From a virus: 64,000 nucleotides of DNA. Below the pieces are notes generated by a model, which saw nothing but the letters and a program-made list of their open reading frames with translations, did not search any database and was not told the DNA's origin. Position 1 is the first letter of the stretch, and every line of letters begins with the position of its first letter. Of the stretch, positions 20,223-30,460 are shown in pieces. The stretch is taken from IMG/VR virus record IMGVR_UViG_3300008448_000014, positions 1 through 64,000 of that record; one strand, written 5' to 3'. Position numbers and translations under genes: made by a program.

Positions 20223-20471
20223 CTATTTTAAAATTAATGTTGATACTAATAATCCTATAGCACTACCAAAAGCAGCACCTAATGCGTATACAATTCTATC
20301 TGTTAATGTTCCAAATGCAACTTTCTTTACATTCCAACTCCATATTAGAGAAATCATAAATCCACAGAAAAATACACCTACATAAAATATCTTACTTAAG
20401 AAGTATGTATTAACTGCAACAAAGAACACTTGTATAAATCCTGTTATAAATAGTTTTATTGAATCTCTCAT
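20223..20471 (-). CDS. small membrane protein
   Basis: Three hydrophobic helices. Confidence 0.6.
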   Translation of the reverse strand: MRDSIKLFITGFIQVFFVAVNTYFLSKIFYVGVFFCGFMISLIWSWNVKKVAFGTLTDRIVYALGAAFGSAIGLLVSTLILK

Positions 20472-21796
20472 ATTATTCCTTCTATAGTTAATACTTGTCT
20501 CATCTTCTCTATAAGATCTTCTATAGATCCATTATTGATAATTTCATAATCAAACTCAGCATCATCAAGAGCTGTTTCACTTGGATGTAAATCTGCAGCA
20601 ATAAGTTTTATCTCGTGATATAGAACTTGTGCTTCTGAGAAGTCATTGTTTATAAAACAAAAATCTTGATATACTTCAGTGACTTCATAGGATCCAGAAG
20701 AAACACCTTCAGGATCTGTCCAGTATACTTTATCACCAACTTTGTATCTTACTACTCTAATAGTAATACCTTTTCTTTCTTCAACAGCTTCTAATTCATT
20801 AGGAAATCTCATGTCCGTTATGCACCACGAAGGATAAATTAAATTATTTTCTTCTTCTTTTAAATACAAACCTTCTCTTTCCATAAAAGCATTTTCGTAT
20901 GCTTCAGAAGCTTCTTCAGCAGTATCAAAATATCCAAGAAATTTTTGTTTTCCCTTTATTTGTATTTGTGCTCTCCAATTATGACTATCTTTAGTAACGC
21001 CTTTATAACCAGAAGTATTATCTTTTCTTAAACTTTTATTAATTGACTGTACTGCATAGCTTACACATCTACAATTATCAGGAGAATACCCTTTGTTATT
21101 ATCAATTCTATCAATACTTAAACTTTCATTATAACCATTTTCAATTGCCCAATTAATAAAAGAAGTAATATTATTTAACCATTCTTCACACATGGTTATG
21201 CCTCTATTACCATAATCATTATATCTTGGATGTTTTGGATTATTACATCTTTGTTTTATATTATGATAAGTACGATAAATTTTAGTTCCTTTATAACCAT
21301 GATGTAGTCTATCATCAACACATGTGTTTGATTTAGATATATCACTTATTGGAACATAATCAGCAAACAAAGCATTAACCCATACATTTGTATGTAATCC
21401 ATCACGCATTGCTTCTGTACCAAGTTTTTGAAGGAGCTCACGTATTGTCATTTTAGTTATACTACCTCTAGGACTATTGTTCATATATTCTATATAATCC
21501 CACTCTTGTCCAAGAAATGTCTTTTTGAACTCTTGGTCTTCAAACTTCTCTACATCAATACCAGTTAGAAGAGAAGCTGTTGTTTTCAACTTTCCAGCAA
21601 ATTTCTTAACTTCCCAATCAGATACATAATGTTGATCAAAGTTTCTTAAATTAGAACCTCCTCCTCTTTTTAAAAATTCTGCATAAGTTCTATGTCTAGA
21701 ACTATTTGAATCTCCACATTCACTAGTCAGATACTGAATAATTTTGCCTACAGTGTCCTTTCCACTGCCAATCTTTCCATTGATACCTATTATCAT
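20468..21796 (-). CDS. deoxynucleoside monophosphate kinase with in-frame HNH-AP2 insertion
   Basis: GKIGSGKDT, RELLQKLGTE, ITDMRFPNE, HPSE, IINNGS. Confidence 0.85.
   Translation of the reverse strand: MIIGINGKIGSGKDTVGKIIQYLTSECGDSNSSRHRTYAEFLKRGGGSNLRNFDQHYVSDWEVKKFAGKLKTTASLLTGIDVEKFEDQEFKKTFLGQEWDYIEYMNNSPRGSITKMTIRELLQKLGTEAMRDGLHTNVWVNALFADYVPISDISKSNTCVDDRLHHGYKGTKIYRTYHNIKQRCNNPKHPRYNDYGNRGITMCEEWLNNITSFINWAIENGYNESLSIDRIDNNKGYSPDNCRCVSYAVQSINKSLRKDNTSGYKGVTKDSHNWRAQIQIKGKQKFLGYFDTAEEASEAYENAFMEREGLYLKEEENNLIYPSWCITDMRFPNELEAVEERKGITIRVVRYKVGDKVYWTDPEGVSSGSYEVTEVYQDFCFINNDFSEAQVLYHEIKLIAADLHPSETALDDAEFDYEIINNGSIEDLIEKMRQVLTIEGII
20837..21355 (-). mobile_element. in-frame HNH + AP2 homing-endonuclease-like insertion (approximate bounds)
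   Basis: KQRCNNP...YGNRGI...SIDRIDNNKGYSPDNCR (HNH); NTSGYKGV...WRAQI...LGYFDTAEEA (AP2). Confidence 0.85.
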
Positions 21797-22057
21797 TTTA
21801 TTGGTTTGTTTTTTGTGTTACACGTTTTACATTTAAGTGTTTCAGGGTCAAAGTTTTTCTCTGTCTTACACTTGTCACAATACTTATATAAAGCTATCAT
21901 TATTAAGTAATTTTAATTCTACATCCCCATCTTGAACAAGCCATATAGACATCAAAATAATAATCTTGCCAGTAATATACTGGTTCATTTGATATTCCAT
22001 CCCAGAATCCTTTTTCTGATGTTTTCATCATAGTGAGTCTACTTATAATATTTTTTA

Positions 22058-22468
22058 TCATATTCCTAATAATTTAATTATTTTTCTAAATGTGTTAATG
22101 TCTTTACATTCTCCATAGTATATTGAATCTTCTAATTCATTATTAATAATTCTAATTTTATTGTTATTAATAATGTATAAATCATAATCTCTCCCTACCC
22201 CTTTATAAAAAAGATTTTCTTCAGCTGGACGTTGTTTCCATCCTTCAGATTCTATTTGTTCTTTAGTGAGATAGGGAACTCTAAGTTGTTCTTTTCTTTC
22301 ATAAAGAAGAAGTATTCTATCTATTGTAAAAGGATCAGGAAATTTGCATTTCATCCACTCAGGTTCACTTTTACTTAAAGACTCTGAAAGAGGTGTAACT
22401 AATTGTTCATACTCATATCCAATACATATGTCTTCTATATCTGGAGTAAAATATTTATTGTTTTCCAT
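22058..22468 (-). CDS. hypothetical protein
   Basis: ORF on the coding strand. Confidence 0.6.
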   Translation of the reverse strand: MENNKYFTPDIEDICIGYEYEQLVTPLSESLSKSEPEWMKCKFPDPFTIDRILLLYERKEQLRVPYLTKEQIESEGWKQRPAEENLFYKGVGRDYDLYIINNNKIRIINNELEDSIYYGECKDINTFRKIIKLLGI

Positions 22469-22489
22469 TTGTTTTCTTTTTTAATTGTT

Positions 22490-23317
22490 TTATATAAATT
22501 CAAATTTACAACACTTGCTATTTCTAATAAGTTGAGCATATAATGTCCCTACTTTTATATTATTTTTTATAGAACATTGTGTTATAGACTCAAATAATTC
22601 TTTTGTTTCTTTATTTATAATTTTTCTACATATTTTATCTTTTTGTTTTTGAAGTTGTTCTTTACTAGGTTTCCTACCTTTTAATTTTATACTTCTTTTT
22701 AATTTACTTTCTTCTGAATGTATTCTTCCTGTATTTATACTTATTAATCGTAATCTTTCAGTTTCAGAAATTTTTTTACCTTTATGTATAATAGACATTT
22801 TTTTACAAAATTCTTCAGACATTTTTCTACCTTTTAAAGCTTTTGATATTTTTAATTTAGCTTCTTCAGTATGTTTATAGTTTTTGTTTTTTAAACGTAT
22901 TTTTTCTTTTGTCTCTTCTGATAAACATTTTCCTTTTCTACTATTTGAAATTTTTTCTCTACCTTCTTTACTTATTTTTCTACCTATTCCTGCTTTAGAT
23001 ATTTTTTCTTTAGTTTCATTAGTATGTAACCATCCAAAAGAACCTTCACCAGATTCATTAACAAGATTTGCAAATTCATTACTGTTTACAATATTGTATA
23101 ATTCAGAAAAATATAATCCTTTTTCTCTAATATCTTCAATATTATTAGAAGTATATAATATTTTTGTTTTTATACTTTTTGTTGAAATTTTATGAAATTT
23201 TAAGTGTCTTACCCAATATTTTCCACTCCCTTTATATTTATAAGGATTTTGTATTGTTTTACCTAAATATTTTAAACCTAAAGGAGATTCTTTTAAATAT
23301 AAATAAATTGTTTTCAT
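22490..23317 (-). CDS. free-standing GIY-YIG-like homing endonuclease with NUMOD3 repeats
   Basis: IYLY...KYLGKT...YKGSG; repeated H(T/S)EETKEKIS units. Confidence 0.85.
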   Translation of the reverse strand: MKTIYLYLKESPLGLKYLGKTIQNPYKYKGSGKYWVRHLKFHKISTKSIKTKILYTSNNIEDIREKGLYFSELYNIVNSNEFANLVNESGEGSFGWLHTNETKEKISKAGIGRKISKEGREKISNSRKGKCLSEETKEKIRLKNKNYKHTEEAKLKISKALKGRKMSEEFCKKMSIIHKGKKISETERLRLISINTGRIHSEESKLKRSIKLKGRKPSKEQLQKQKDKICRKIINKETKELFESITQCSIKNNIKVGTLYAQLIRNSKCCKFEFI

Positions 23318-23369
23318 AGTAATAATTATTATTTATACAAATGTAGAAAATTGTTTCCTAAAAAACAAT

Positions 23370-23774
23370 TTATTTACCATGTTCTTTATCATGACATTTA
23401 GAACAAACTAATTTTAAATCTTTGCTATCACAAAACAATCTTTGTACAAAACCAGGTAAATCATCAAATGAATTTAACTCTCCACATTCTATTGAATGAT
23501 GTACATTTACTTCTTTAGAGTCAAATAATTCAGCACATCCTTCACATTTGTACATCCACTTTCTTCTTTTATTTGGGCCTGTATAAGCTACTTTTTGACG
23601 TTCTTTACAGTTTTTAATTGGTAAAAACCATCTACTTTTTTGCCTTAAAGCACTTCTAATAGACCCAAAAAAAGCAGCACTACTTAGTGTACCATCTGCA
23701 AAAGGTTTTTCTATAATTCTTTTCTTTTTAGCTACTACTGTTGTAGCTTTTCTTTTTATTATTTTCTTTGCCAT
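23370..23774 (-). CDS. HNH endonuclease
   Basis: CEGC...VNVHH...LVCSKCHDKEH. Confidence 0.75.
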   Translation of the reverse strand: MAKKIIKRKATTVVAKKKRIIEKPFADGTLSSAAFFGSIRSALRQKSRWFLPIKNCKERQKVAYTGPNKRRKWMYKCEGCAELFDSKEVNVHHSIECGELNSFDDLPGFVQRLFCDSKDLKLVCSKCHDKEHGK

Positions 23775-23829
23775 AATATATTATTAATTAAAATAGAGTA
23801 ACAAAGTTAATTATTACTCTATTCAATTA

Positions 23830-24129
23830 CTAATTTATTTTATTAATTCTACTTTTAATAACTTTTTTCATAGTGTGAGAAGCTACAGAACTAACATAAG
23901 TTTGATTTTCTATATCATAATTTTCTACATAAATTTTATTTTTAATCTCTGTTTTAGTTTTAGCTTCTACTACAGCATAATAATCTTCTTCTGTTGCACC
24001 ATCTTTAGTTACTATTTGTCCATCACTTAGCACTACTATCAATTTGTCTCCTATTAATTTAATATTTTTATATGGAGATCCTTGGTTTTCTGCTATTTTC
24101 CTTAATATACTGTGTAAATCATCATTCAT
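23830..24129 (-). CDS. short protein at the rIIB position; possible truncated rIIB
   Basis: Immediately follows rIIA; only 99 aa. Confidence 0.35.
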   Translation of the reverse strand: MNDDLHSILRKIAENQGSPYKNIKLIGDKLIVVLSDGQIVTKDGATEEDYYAVVEAKTKTEIKNKIYVENYDIENQTYVSSVASHTMKKVIKSRINKIN

Positions 24130-24130
24130 A

Positions 24131-26422
24131 TCATACTAATTCGTCTATTATTTCATCTGTTAATATTGCTGTTTCCTCTTCATTTAATGTTATTTTGTAA
24201 TGTTTATAATCCACTCTTTGTTTGTAGTATTTAAACATATCTACTAATATAGGAAACATAACATCTCTTTCTTGATTATAATGATTCATTTTTCCTATTA
24301 TAATATTTACAAATGGAAGTTTTTCTAATAACGCTTTCATCTCTAAATATTCTGTATATATGTTTTCATCAAACAATTTGTTATTTGTAGCCACTTCTAT
24401 CATTGCTTTTATAGCTGAATTACCAGAATGTACATAATTAAGATTTTTATATTCATGTATATCATTTAGTTTTTTATACAAACTTTCAGAAATTAGTTTA
24501 ATACAATTCAAATTACCAAACAAATTACTATTCTTACTTATCAGCTCATCAATAATATAACTTGTCACTATTCTTTTAAATGGAGCATTTTTTCCTTCCA
24601 TAAACTTTTTATAAGGTATTAAATTGTGAATATTTAACTTGTCTACAACTTTTAATGTAGCATCTGAAAATGTAATAAACTTTATTTTTTGTTTACTAGC
24701 TATTTCAAATAATTTATCAAGTTGTGATGCTTTATCATGTTCTGTATATACAAATAAACATTTTTGTTTATAAATATTTTCTAGTTTATATGTTTCTGGC
24801 ACAAACTTGCAATTATTGCCATTGTTATATCTCAACAAAGGAACAGCTAATTTACATGTTATCTCTCCTTGTAGCTTTACTTTTCTAGTTCCTCCACTAG
24901 CTACAGATATTCTTTTCTTTTTTCTAGCATCATGCCATTCTTGTGGAATAACAAAATCATCTACATTTATAAAGTTTTCTAATAACAGAGATTGTATGTA
25001 TTGAAACTCTTTTATAGCTTCTCTCCATTGTTCTTTTGGATATTGACTTAAGTTAAGAATATCAAAATAATTCTGATAAGAATTATGTTTTGTACTATAC
25101 AATTTAAAAGAGCTAACTTTTTTAATAAAATGATATGTAGCATGGTCTAAGTTTTCTCTGTAAAAACTTTTTTTATTACCAGGTATTGTTTCATTATATA
25201 TATAATAATTAACCTTATTGATATACATAGGGTTAATATCTCTATAATAATGATGTTTATTCTCTACAAATTTATTATTGTACAATCTATATCTTAATTG
25301 ATACTCTCCAAACATATATTCTCTATTATTGTAGAGAGTTTTTAAATTTAGTAGTTTAACATTTTTTAATTTAGGGGTTGCAATTTCAACACTAGAAAAT
25401 TTAATTAAACTATTAATCTCTATACTACTATTATTTAAATTAAAGTATTTACTACTATTATAATAGTATTTAAAAATGTTTTGAATATTATCTGTCTCTT
25501 GTATAGATTCATTATACTTATTAATGAACTCTTCTGCTATTAAACTAATTTTATTTAAGATTAATTCTTTTGTTTTAGCATTGTATAATAAAGACTCTCT
25601 TGAAGGAATTGGAAATAATCCATCACTCAATCCAAATCTTAAAGCAATAGGAATTTCTATTCTATCAATTCCCATTTTGGTAAAATCTAAAGGGTAGTAT
25701 ACATCATCTAAACATATATGCATATTTTCATCACTAGATAACTCTGAGAATTGATAATTATCTGATCTATATATAGAAAAACTATTATCAATAGTTTCAG
25801 AACCTAATTTTACATCAAAATACACATTTTCAAAATAAGCTAATTGTTGCTTTATTTTATTAAAGAATTCCCATCTGTCAGTATATTTAATAGGAATTAT
25901 AACTTTAACACCATTACATTCTGTAGTAGTAGATTCATATAACAAATCAATACTGTTACCATTCTCATTCTCATACATTATGTATTTTCTTTCCACTCCA
26001 TTTTTTCTACAAGTAAAAAAGAAAGAAGAACTATAAGCTAATGGACTTTTAAACCCTAATCCCATAGCTCCAAGAGAGTTAGCTTCTTCTCTTTTAGTAG
26101 ACATACCATACTTACTGATAATATTACGTACATCATCATCATCCAACCCTGTACCAAAATCCTCACTACTAAATTCACAATCACCTCCTTCATTAATTTT
26201 TAATGAAACTATAATTGGTTTTTTACATTTAGCTCTTCTATGACTGTCTAAACTATTACTAACTGTTTCCCTAATAGCACTTCCTATACTGTCAGAATAT
26301 AAATTCTTACTTAACATATTCATTAATATATTAGCACTATTCATATCTAATGACATCCCTATAGTATCACTATTTTCTGTCTGTAGTATTTCTACTTCTG
26401 ATTGTTTTTGATTTATTATCAT
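24131..26422 (-). CDS. rIIA: rIIA-like protein (GHKL/HSP90-type ATPase domain)
   Basis: LYSD..AIRETVSNSLDSH, DFGTGL, STK, GAMGLGFKSPLAY, NGVKV. Confidence 0.8.
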   Translation of the reverse strand: MIINQKQSEVEILQTENSDTIGMSLDMNSANILMNMLSKNLYSDSIGSAIRETVSNSLDSHRRAKCKKPIIVSLKINEGGDCEFSSEDFGTGLDDDDVRNIISKYGMSTKREEANSLGAMGLGFKSPLAYSSSFFFTCRKNGVERKYIMYENENGNSIDLLYESTTTECNGVKVIIPIKYTDRWEFFNKIKQQLAYFENVYFDVKLGSETIDNSFSIYRSDNYQFSELSSDENMHICLDDVYYPLDFTKMGIDRIEIPIALRFGLSDGLFPIPSRESLLYNAKTKELILNKISLIAEEFINKYNESIQETDNIQNIFKYYYNSSKYFNLNNSSIEINSLIKFSSVEIATPKLKNVKLLNLKTLYNNREYMFGEYQLRYRLYNNKFVENKHHYYRDINPMYINKVNYYIYNETIPGNKKSFYRENLDHATYHFIKKVSSFKLYSTKHNSYQNYFDILNLSQYPKEQWREAIKEFQYIQSLLLENFINVDDFVIPQEWHDARKKKRISVASGGTRKVKLQGEITCKLAVPLLRYNNGNNCKFVPETYKLENIYKQKCLFVYTEHDKASQLDKLFEIASKQKIKFITFSDATLKVVDKLNIHNLIPYKKFMEGKNAPFKRIVTSYIIDELISKNSNLFGNLNCIKLISESLYKKLNDIHEYKNLNYVHSGNSAIKAMIEVATNNKLFDENIYTEYLEMKALLEKLPFVNIIIGKMNHYNQERDVMFPILVDMFKYYKQRVDYKHYKITLNEEETAILTDEIIDELV

Positions 26423-26438
26423 GTTTTTTATTTTTTAA

Positions 26439-27158
26439 TTAAAATGGGCATTCAATATCTGGAAGCCATAACACAATTTGTTCATGTTGTTTCCATATTA
26501 CATCATTCAATTTTGTAAACACTCCATTTGTATTCCATTTACCACCATTATAACTAGCAGAGGCTGGATGAGAAGCTTTTAGCACTACAGAATCTATTTC
26601 TGATTCATACTCTTGAGCATCTTTTCCTAACAATACAATAGGAATATTATATCTATTTACAATTTTTTCTATTATATAATTTGTAAAAGGTTTCCACAAT
26701 TCTTTATGACTACCTGCTTTATCTTTTTGTACAGTGAGAGATGCATTTAACATCATAACTCCTTGTTCTGTTAAATAACTTAAATCATAATTTTCTGTAT
26801 TCCATTGTAAACTTAAACCACCATATAATTCTTCTTCAATTCCACTATAGAATTGTCTTAATGTAGGTTGTAGTTTTTTTGTTACAGAACAATCTAATGC
26901 TACTCCTGTTGCTATAGGTAATCCATCTTTAAATGTGAAATAAGGGTCTTGAAACATAAATATACATTTAATATCTTTTAGAGGTAATTCTTTAAACACT
27001 CTAAATGTATTCATGGATTGAGGAGCTAAACTAGCTCCCCTTCCACTTTCCTTCTTTAAGAATGCATATATTTTATTACATTCCTCACTTTCTATAAATG
27101 GTTTCATAATCTCATGATAACTCTCATGAAATTTACTTTTAAACTTTTCCCATTCCAT
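26439..27158 (-). CDS. ung: uracil-DNA glycosylase
   Basis: QDPY, GVMMLNASLTV...AGSH, SHPA. Confidence 0.9.
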   Translation of the reverse strand: MEWEKFKSKFHESYHEIMKPFIESEECNKIYAFLKKESGRGASLAPQSMNTFRVFKELPLKDIKCIFMFQDPYFTFKDGLPIATGVALDCSVTKKLQPTLRQFYSGIEEELYGGLSLQWNTENYDLSYLTEQGVMMLNASLTVQKDKAGSHKELWKPFTNYIIEKIVNRYNIPIVLLGKDAQEYESEIDSVVLKASHPASASYNGGKWNTNGVFTKLNDVIWKQHEQIVLWLPDIECPF

Positions 27159-27160
27159 AA

Positions 27161-27613
27161 TTATTCTTTTTTTAAAAGTTCTGGATTTTCATATATATTT
27201 CCAATCACCTCATATTCATACCCCCAATGCTTTCTTAATTTTATATAGCTACTTCCATATTCCATTACAAAAGCAAACACTTCTTCACTAAAAACTATTT
27301 TATGAGTAGTTGTCATATATTGTCCAGTCCAATTACCTATACTTCTTTTATAAGTTACAATATCCCCTTCATATATTTCTTTACCATTTTTATCTGTAAG
27401 ACCTGTAAATTGTTGAATTACAAAATCTTCATTGTTTACTAAAGAACCAAAAGCACTATAACCACCTAAAATACCATTTAAATCTGCACCACTACCATCA
27501 TATAGTTTTTGTACATTATAAATCATTTGAGGTTTTTCATAATCTTCTAAATTTTGTAAATCTAATGGAAATTGACAACCTTTATACCAAGCTCTAAACT
27601 TAATAGTTCTCAT
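27161..27613 (-). CDS. YopX family protein
   Basis: IKFRAW...QFTGLTDKNGKEIYEGDIV...EVIGNIYENPELL. Confidence 0.9.
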   Translation of the reverse strand: MRTIKFRAWYKGCQFPLDLQNLEDYEKPQMIYNVQKLYDGSGADLNGILGGYSAFGSLVNNEDFVIQQFTGLTDKNGKEIYEGDIVTYKRSIGNWTGQYMTTTHKIVFSEEVFAFVMEYGSSYIKLRKHWGYEYEVIGNIYENPELLKKE

Positions 27614-28389
27614 TATACTGGAAACAATTCTAATTGATTAACAGGTTGTAATTCTGGAGCATTAAATCCTGGTGTTACAAGTATTCCTGCTTCATTTACA
27701 AAGAATGAATGAGCATCCATATGATTCTCCATCCATAATGAAGGATGTACCTCTTTCATACTAAATGTAGTAAATTGATATAATTCCCATAAACTATTAG
27801 GAGCACCATAACTATGTGTTGGTTTATTTAATTCTCCTTTGATAATATTTAATTGTGTAGATTGTATAAATTCTTTTTCAATTAACATTCTACCAATTAA
27901 TTCTGCTTGAATTTTTCTATCAATTTCAATTTCTTTCATTCTTTCTCTTTCTTCTTGCATTTTTATAAAAGCATCTCCTGCTCTTTTGATATAATCTACT
28001 ATAGCAGAAGGAGCAAAACTTTGAATTTGTCCTTGATGTTTCTTCTTAAAAGCACCATAATCTCCACTTACACACCCATTAGAGCATATAAAGATTTTAG
28101 TTCCAATAGCAAATTTCAATGATAGAGATTTATCATATGAATTTTGCCATCCTATTTGTAATTGCATTTCACTATCTGCAACATTCTTAATTGTAAATTT
28201 ACCATTAGCCACTTTACCATCTCTAGCTGATGAATAAGTTTCACTGTCTAATTTAAATCCTGCTTTATGAATGCTATCCAAAGTTAAATCCATTAATTGT
28301 GTATGACTCACTGGTCTGTAAGTTCTTGTAGCACTAGGTACTGGTGTACTTATTAATATGTTTTTTGCTGTATTATATGTGTTTTCCAT
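27613..28389 (-). CDS. DUF932-like protein
   Basis: NSYDKS...FICSNG...SLWELYQ. Confidence 0.65.
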   Translation of the reverse strand: MENTYNTAKNILISTPVPSATRTYRPVSHTQLMDLTLDSIHKAGFKLDSETYSSARDGKVANGKFTIKNVADSEMQLQIGWQNSYDKSLSLKFAIGTKIFICSNGCVSGDYGAFKKKHQGQIQSFAPSAIVDYIKRAGDAFIKMQEERERMKEIEIDRKIQAELIGRMLIEKEFIQSTQLNIIKGELNKPTHSYGAPNSLWELYQFTTFSMKEVHPSLWMENHMDAHSFFVNEAGILVTPGFNAPELQPVNQLELFPV

Positions 28390-28541
28390 TTTTTATAATT
28401 TTATTTTTCTTTCAAAGAATGTTGTTAATATTTGTTGCAAATCTTCTAATGTTATAGCTTTTTGATTTCCAAAATCTTCATCAAAAGCTTTTTCTAATAT
28501 ATTTTCTTCTAAAACATCTAAATCTTCTTGTGTGTATGTTT

Positions 28542-29543
28542 TCATAATAATTTCTTTTTTTTAAATATTTTTTCTATTGTTTCCATACCATAATCTTTTG
28601 CAAGGTCTGCAAAATCTTTAATACCATCTGACAAATAACTTCTAGGTACATTGATATAATCAAAATCAAACACTTTAGTTATCTGTTGAGAATTCTTTAC
28701 ACCTGTAGGATCTGAATCAAAAGATAATGTCTGTCTATCTGAATTAGCTTTTATATATTCTAAATTATCATCAGAGAAACATACAATACTTTCATTTTGA
28801 ACAGCACATACATTAGGATAAATCTTCTTAAGAACCATATAGTCTTTTTTAGACTTAGTAATGATAGCCATTTTACAATCAATAATGTCTTTTTTACCAT
28901 CCATAGTTGTAATAGGTACATTATTAGGCATCCATTTCATTTTAGGATCTACAAATGGTCTATATATCTTCCAATGTCCATTATATAAATATCCAAACCT
29001 AAGATCACTATTCTTGAGATAGAATAATTGTTTATTTAAATACACTTTAGATAGACTATATACATTATTTGCTTTTAAATCATCTTCACTTTGGTGGTAT
29101 TGATTCCAATAGGCAAGTTCTTCATTTGTAAACTTTCTAGTTATTGCTTGTACTAAAGAATATCTTTTTTCTATATTGTCAGGTTGTTTATATTCATTGA
29201 CAATCTTTTTATAATCACCAACTTTTCCTGAAGATATACCAAGACTAAAATCTCTATCAATAAGTTTTAAAGCATCATAATAACCAGGAAGATTACATAT
29301 CATCTGTACAAAATTAAAACAATTACCTTTTTTGCTTATATCAGCAAAATCTATAAAACTAATATTGCCATGTTTAGTTCCTATAACAAAAGAAGGATTA
29401 TCATCTTTTCTAAAAGGACTATTTGTAACAATATTTAATTTCCAATTTCCAGGCATATACATTTTAAATATATCATATTCTGATATTTTACTTAAAATAG
29501 TTTCTTCTGTTAACTTTACTCTTTTTTGTCCTTGTATACTCAT
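28542..29543 (-). CDS. dnaG: DNA primase (crAss-type TOPRIM)
   Basis: SPFRKDDNPSF, KIYRP, ITKSKKD, FDSD..G, KDFAD. ATG 29543 chosen because the longer start overlaps a terminator. Confidence 0.8.
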   Translation of the reverse strand: MSIQGQKRVKLTEETILSKISEYDIFKMYMPGNWKLNIVTNSPFRKDDNPSFVIGTKHGNISFIDFADISKKGNCFNFVQMICNLPGYYDALKLIDRDFSLGISSGKVGDYKKIVNEYKQPDNIEKRYSLVQAITRKFTNEELAYWNQYHQSEDDLKANNVYSLSKVYLNKQLFYLKNSDLRFGYLYNGHWKIYRPFVDPKMKWMPNNVPITTMDGKKDIIDCKMAIITKSKKDYMVLKKIYPNVCAVQNESIVCFSDDNLEYIKANSDRQTLSFDSDPTGVKNSQQITKVFDFDYINVPRSYLSDGIKDFADLAKDYGMETIEKIFKKKKLL

Positions 29544-29546
29544 AAT

Positions 29547-29573
29547 AAAAAAGCCTCCCATTTCTGAGAGGCT
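29547..29573 (-). terminator. intrinsic terminator/attenuator before primase
   Basis: GCCTC/GAGGC stem followed by T6 on minus strand. Confidence 0.65.
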
Positions 29574-29593
29574 CATATATTAATTAATAATTA

Positions 29594-30454
29594 TTAATAA
29601 TCACTATCTTCTTCAGAAATTGCAGCATCAGATGAAACTAAATTATCATCTGGGTTATAATCTGTAATCTCTTTGAATGTATAATAGTCTTTACAACCAT
29701 ATTCACCAGTTACATTAAGAACAAATCTTTCATGTGGTTTTAAGTCTTTAGACTTTTTACTAGCTAGCCCTTCAATAACTTTAGGATTAGAATAATCAAC
29801 AAGTTTAAAGTTCTTTAAAGCATATGCTGGTACAAATGATTTGTTATATATACCTTGGTATTCTTTAACTTCACCATCTTTCTCTTTTGTGATGATTGTA
29901 GCTAAAGCTCCAACATTACCACAATAGTCACCATCAATTTGATCTTTTAAATCTCTTACATTACCTTTCATCAATTTCTTCCAATCAATTTGTAATGTTG
30001 TATCATCACTTCTGTAGTCTAATTCACATAACCATGTTCTAACAAAGTTATAGAAATCTTCTTCTCCTACATATGCAACTCTATAATCTCTAGCAGAAAA
30101 CCATTCTGGTAAATCATCTACATCAGCTGCCCATGAACAAGCACCAATATCATTAATATACTGATGTTTTGTTTGATCTTTATTAGTTCTTTCTTTGTTT
30201 TCTAAGAAGAAATTTACTTTAAATTTATCACCATTTTTAACATCTTCTAACCAGAAATCAACTCTAAGAACAGTGTTTCCATCTCTTTCACTAAGATATT
30301 CTGCAGCTTTACTGTCTTCTTTAAGTTCCATTCCTAGTATGGATTTAAACTGCTCAATAGTAGGATTGATAGCTATAACTGAACACTCTACCATGCCAAC
30401 TTTTAAAGTTTTACTTGAATCACTTAATTGTCTTTTTTCTCCTTTAATACTCAT
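29594..30454 (-). CDS. putative single-stranded DNA-binding protein
   Basis: Lies between AAA ATPase and primase; acidic C-terminal tail (SEEDSDY). Confidence 0.5.
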   Translation of the reverse strand: MSIKGEKRQLSDSSKTLKVGMVECSVIAINPTIEQFKSILGMELKEDSKAAEYLSERDGNTVLRVDFWLEDVKNGDKFKVNFFLENKERTNKDQTKHQYINDIGACSWAADVDDLPEWFSARDYRVAYVGEEDFYNFVRTWLCELDYRSDDTTLQIDWKKLMKGNVRDLKDQIDGDYCGNVGALATIITKEKDGEVKEYQGIYNKSFVPAYALKNFKLVDYSNPKVIEGLASKKSKDLKPHERFVLNVTGEYGCKDYYTFKEITDYNPDDNLVSSDAAISEEDSDY

Positions 30455-30460
30455 AATTTT

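Noticed and set aside
20837-21355. Intein in dNMP kinase
   Set aside because: No N-terminal C/S block, no terminal HN followed by C/S/T, and no space for a HINT domain.
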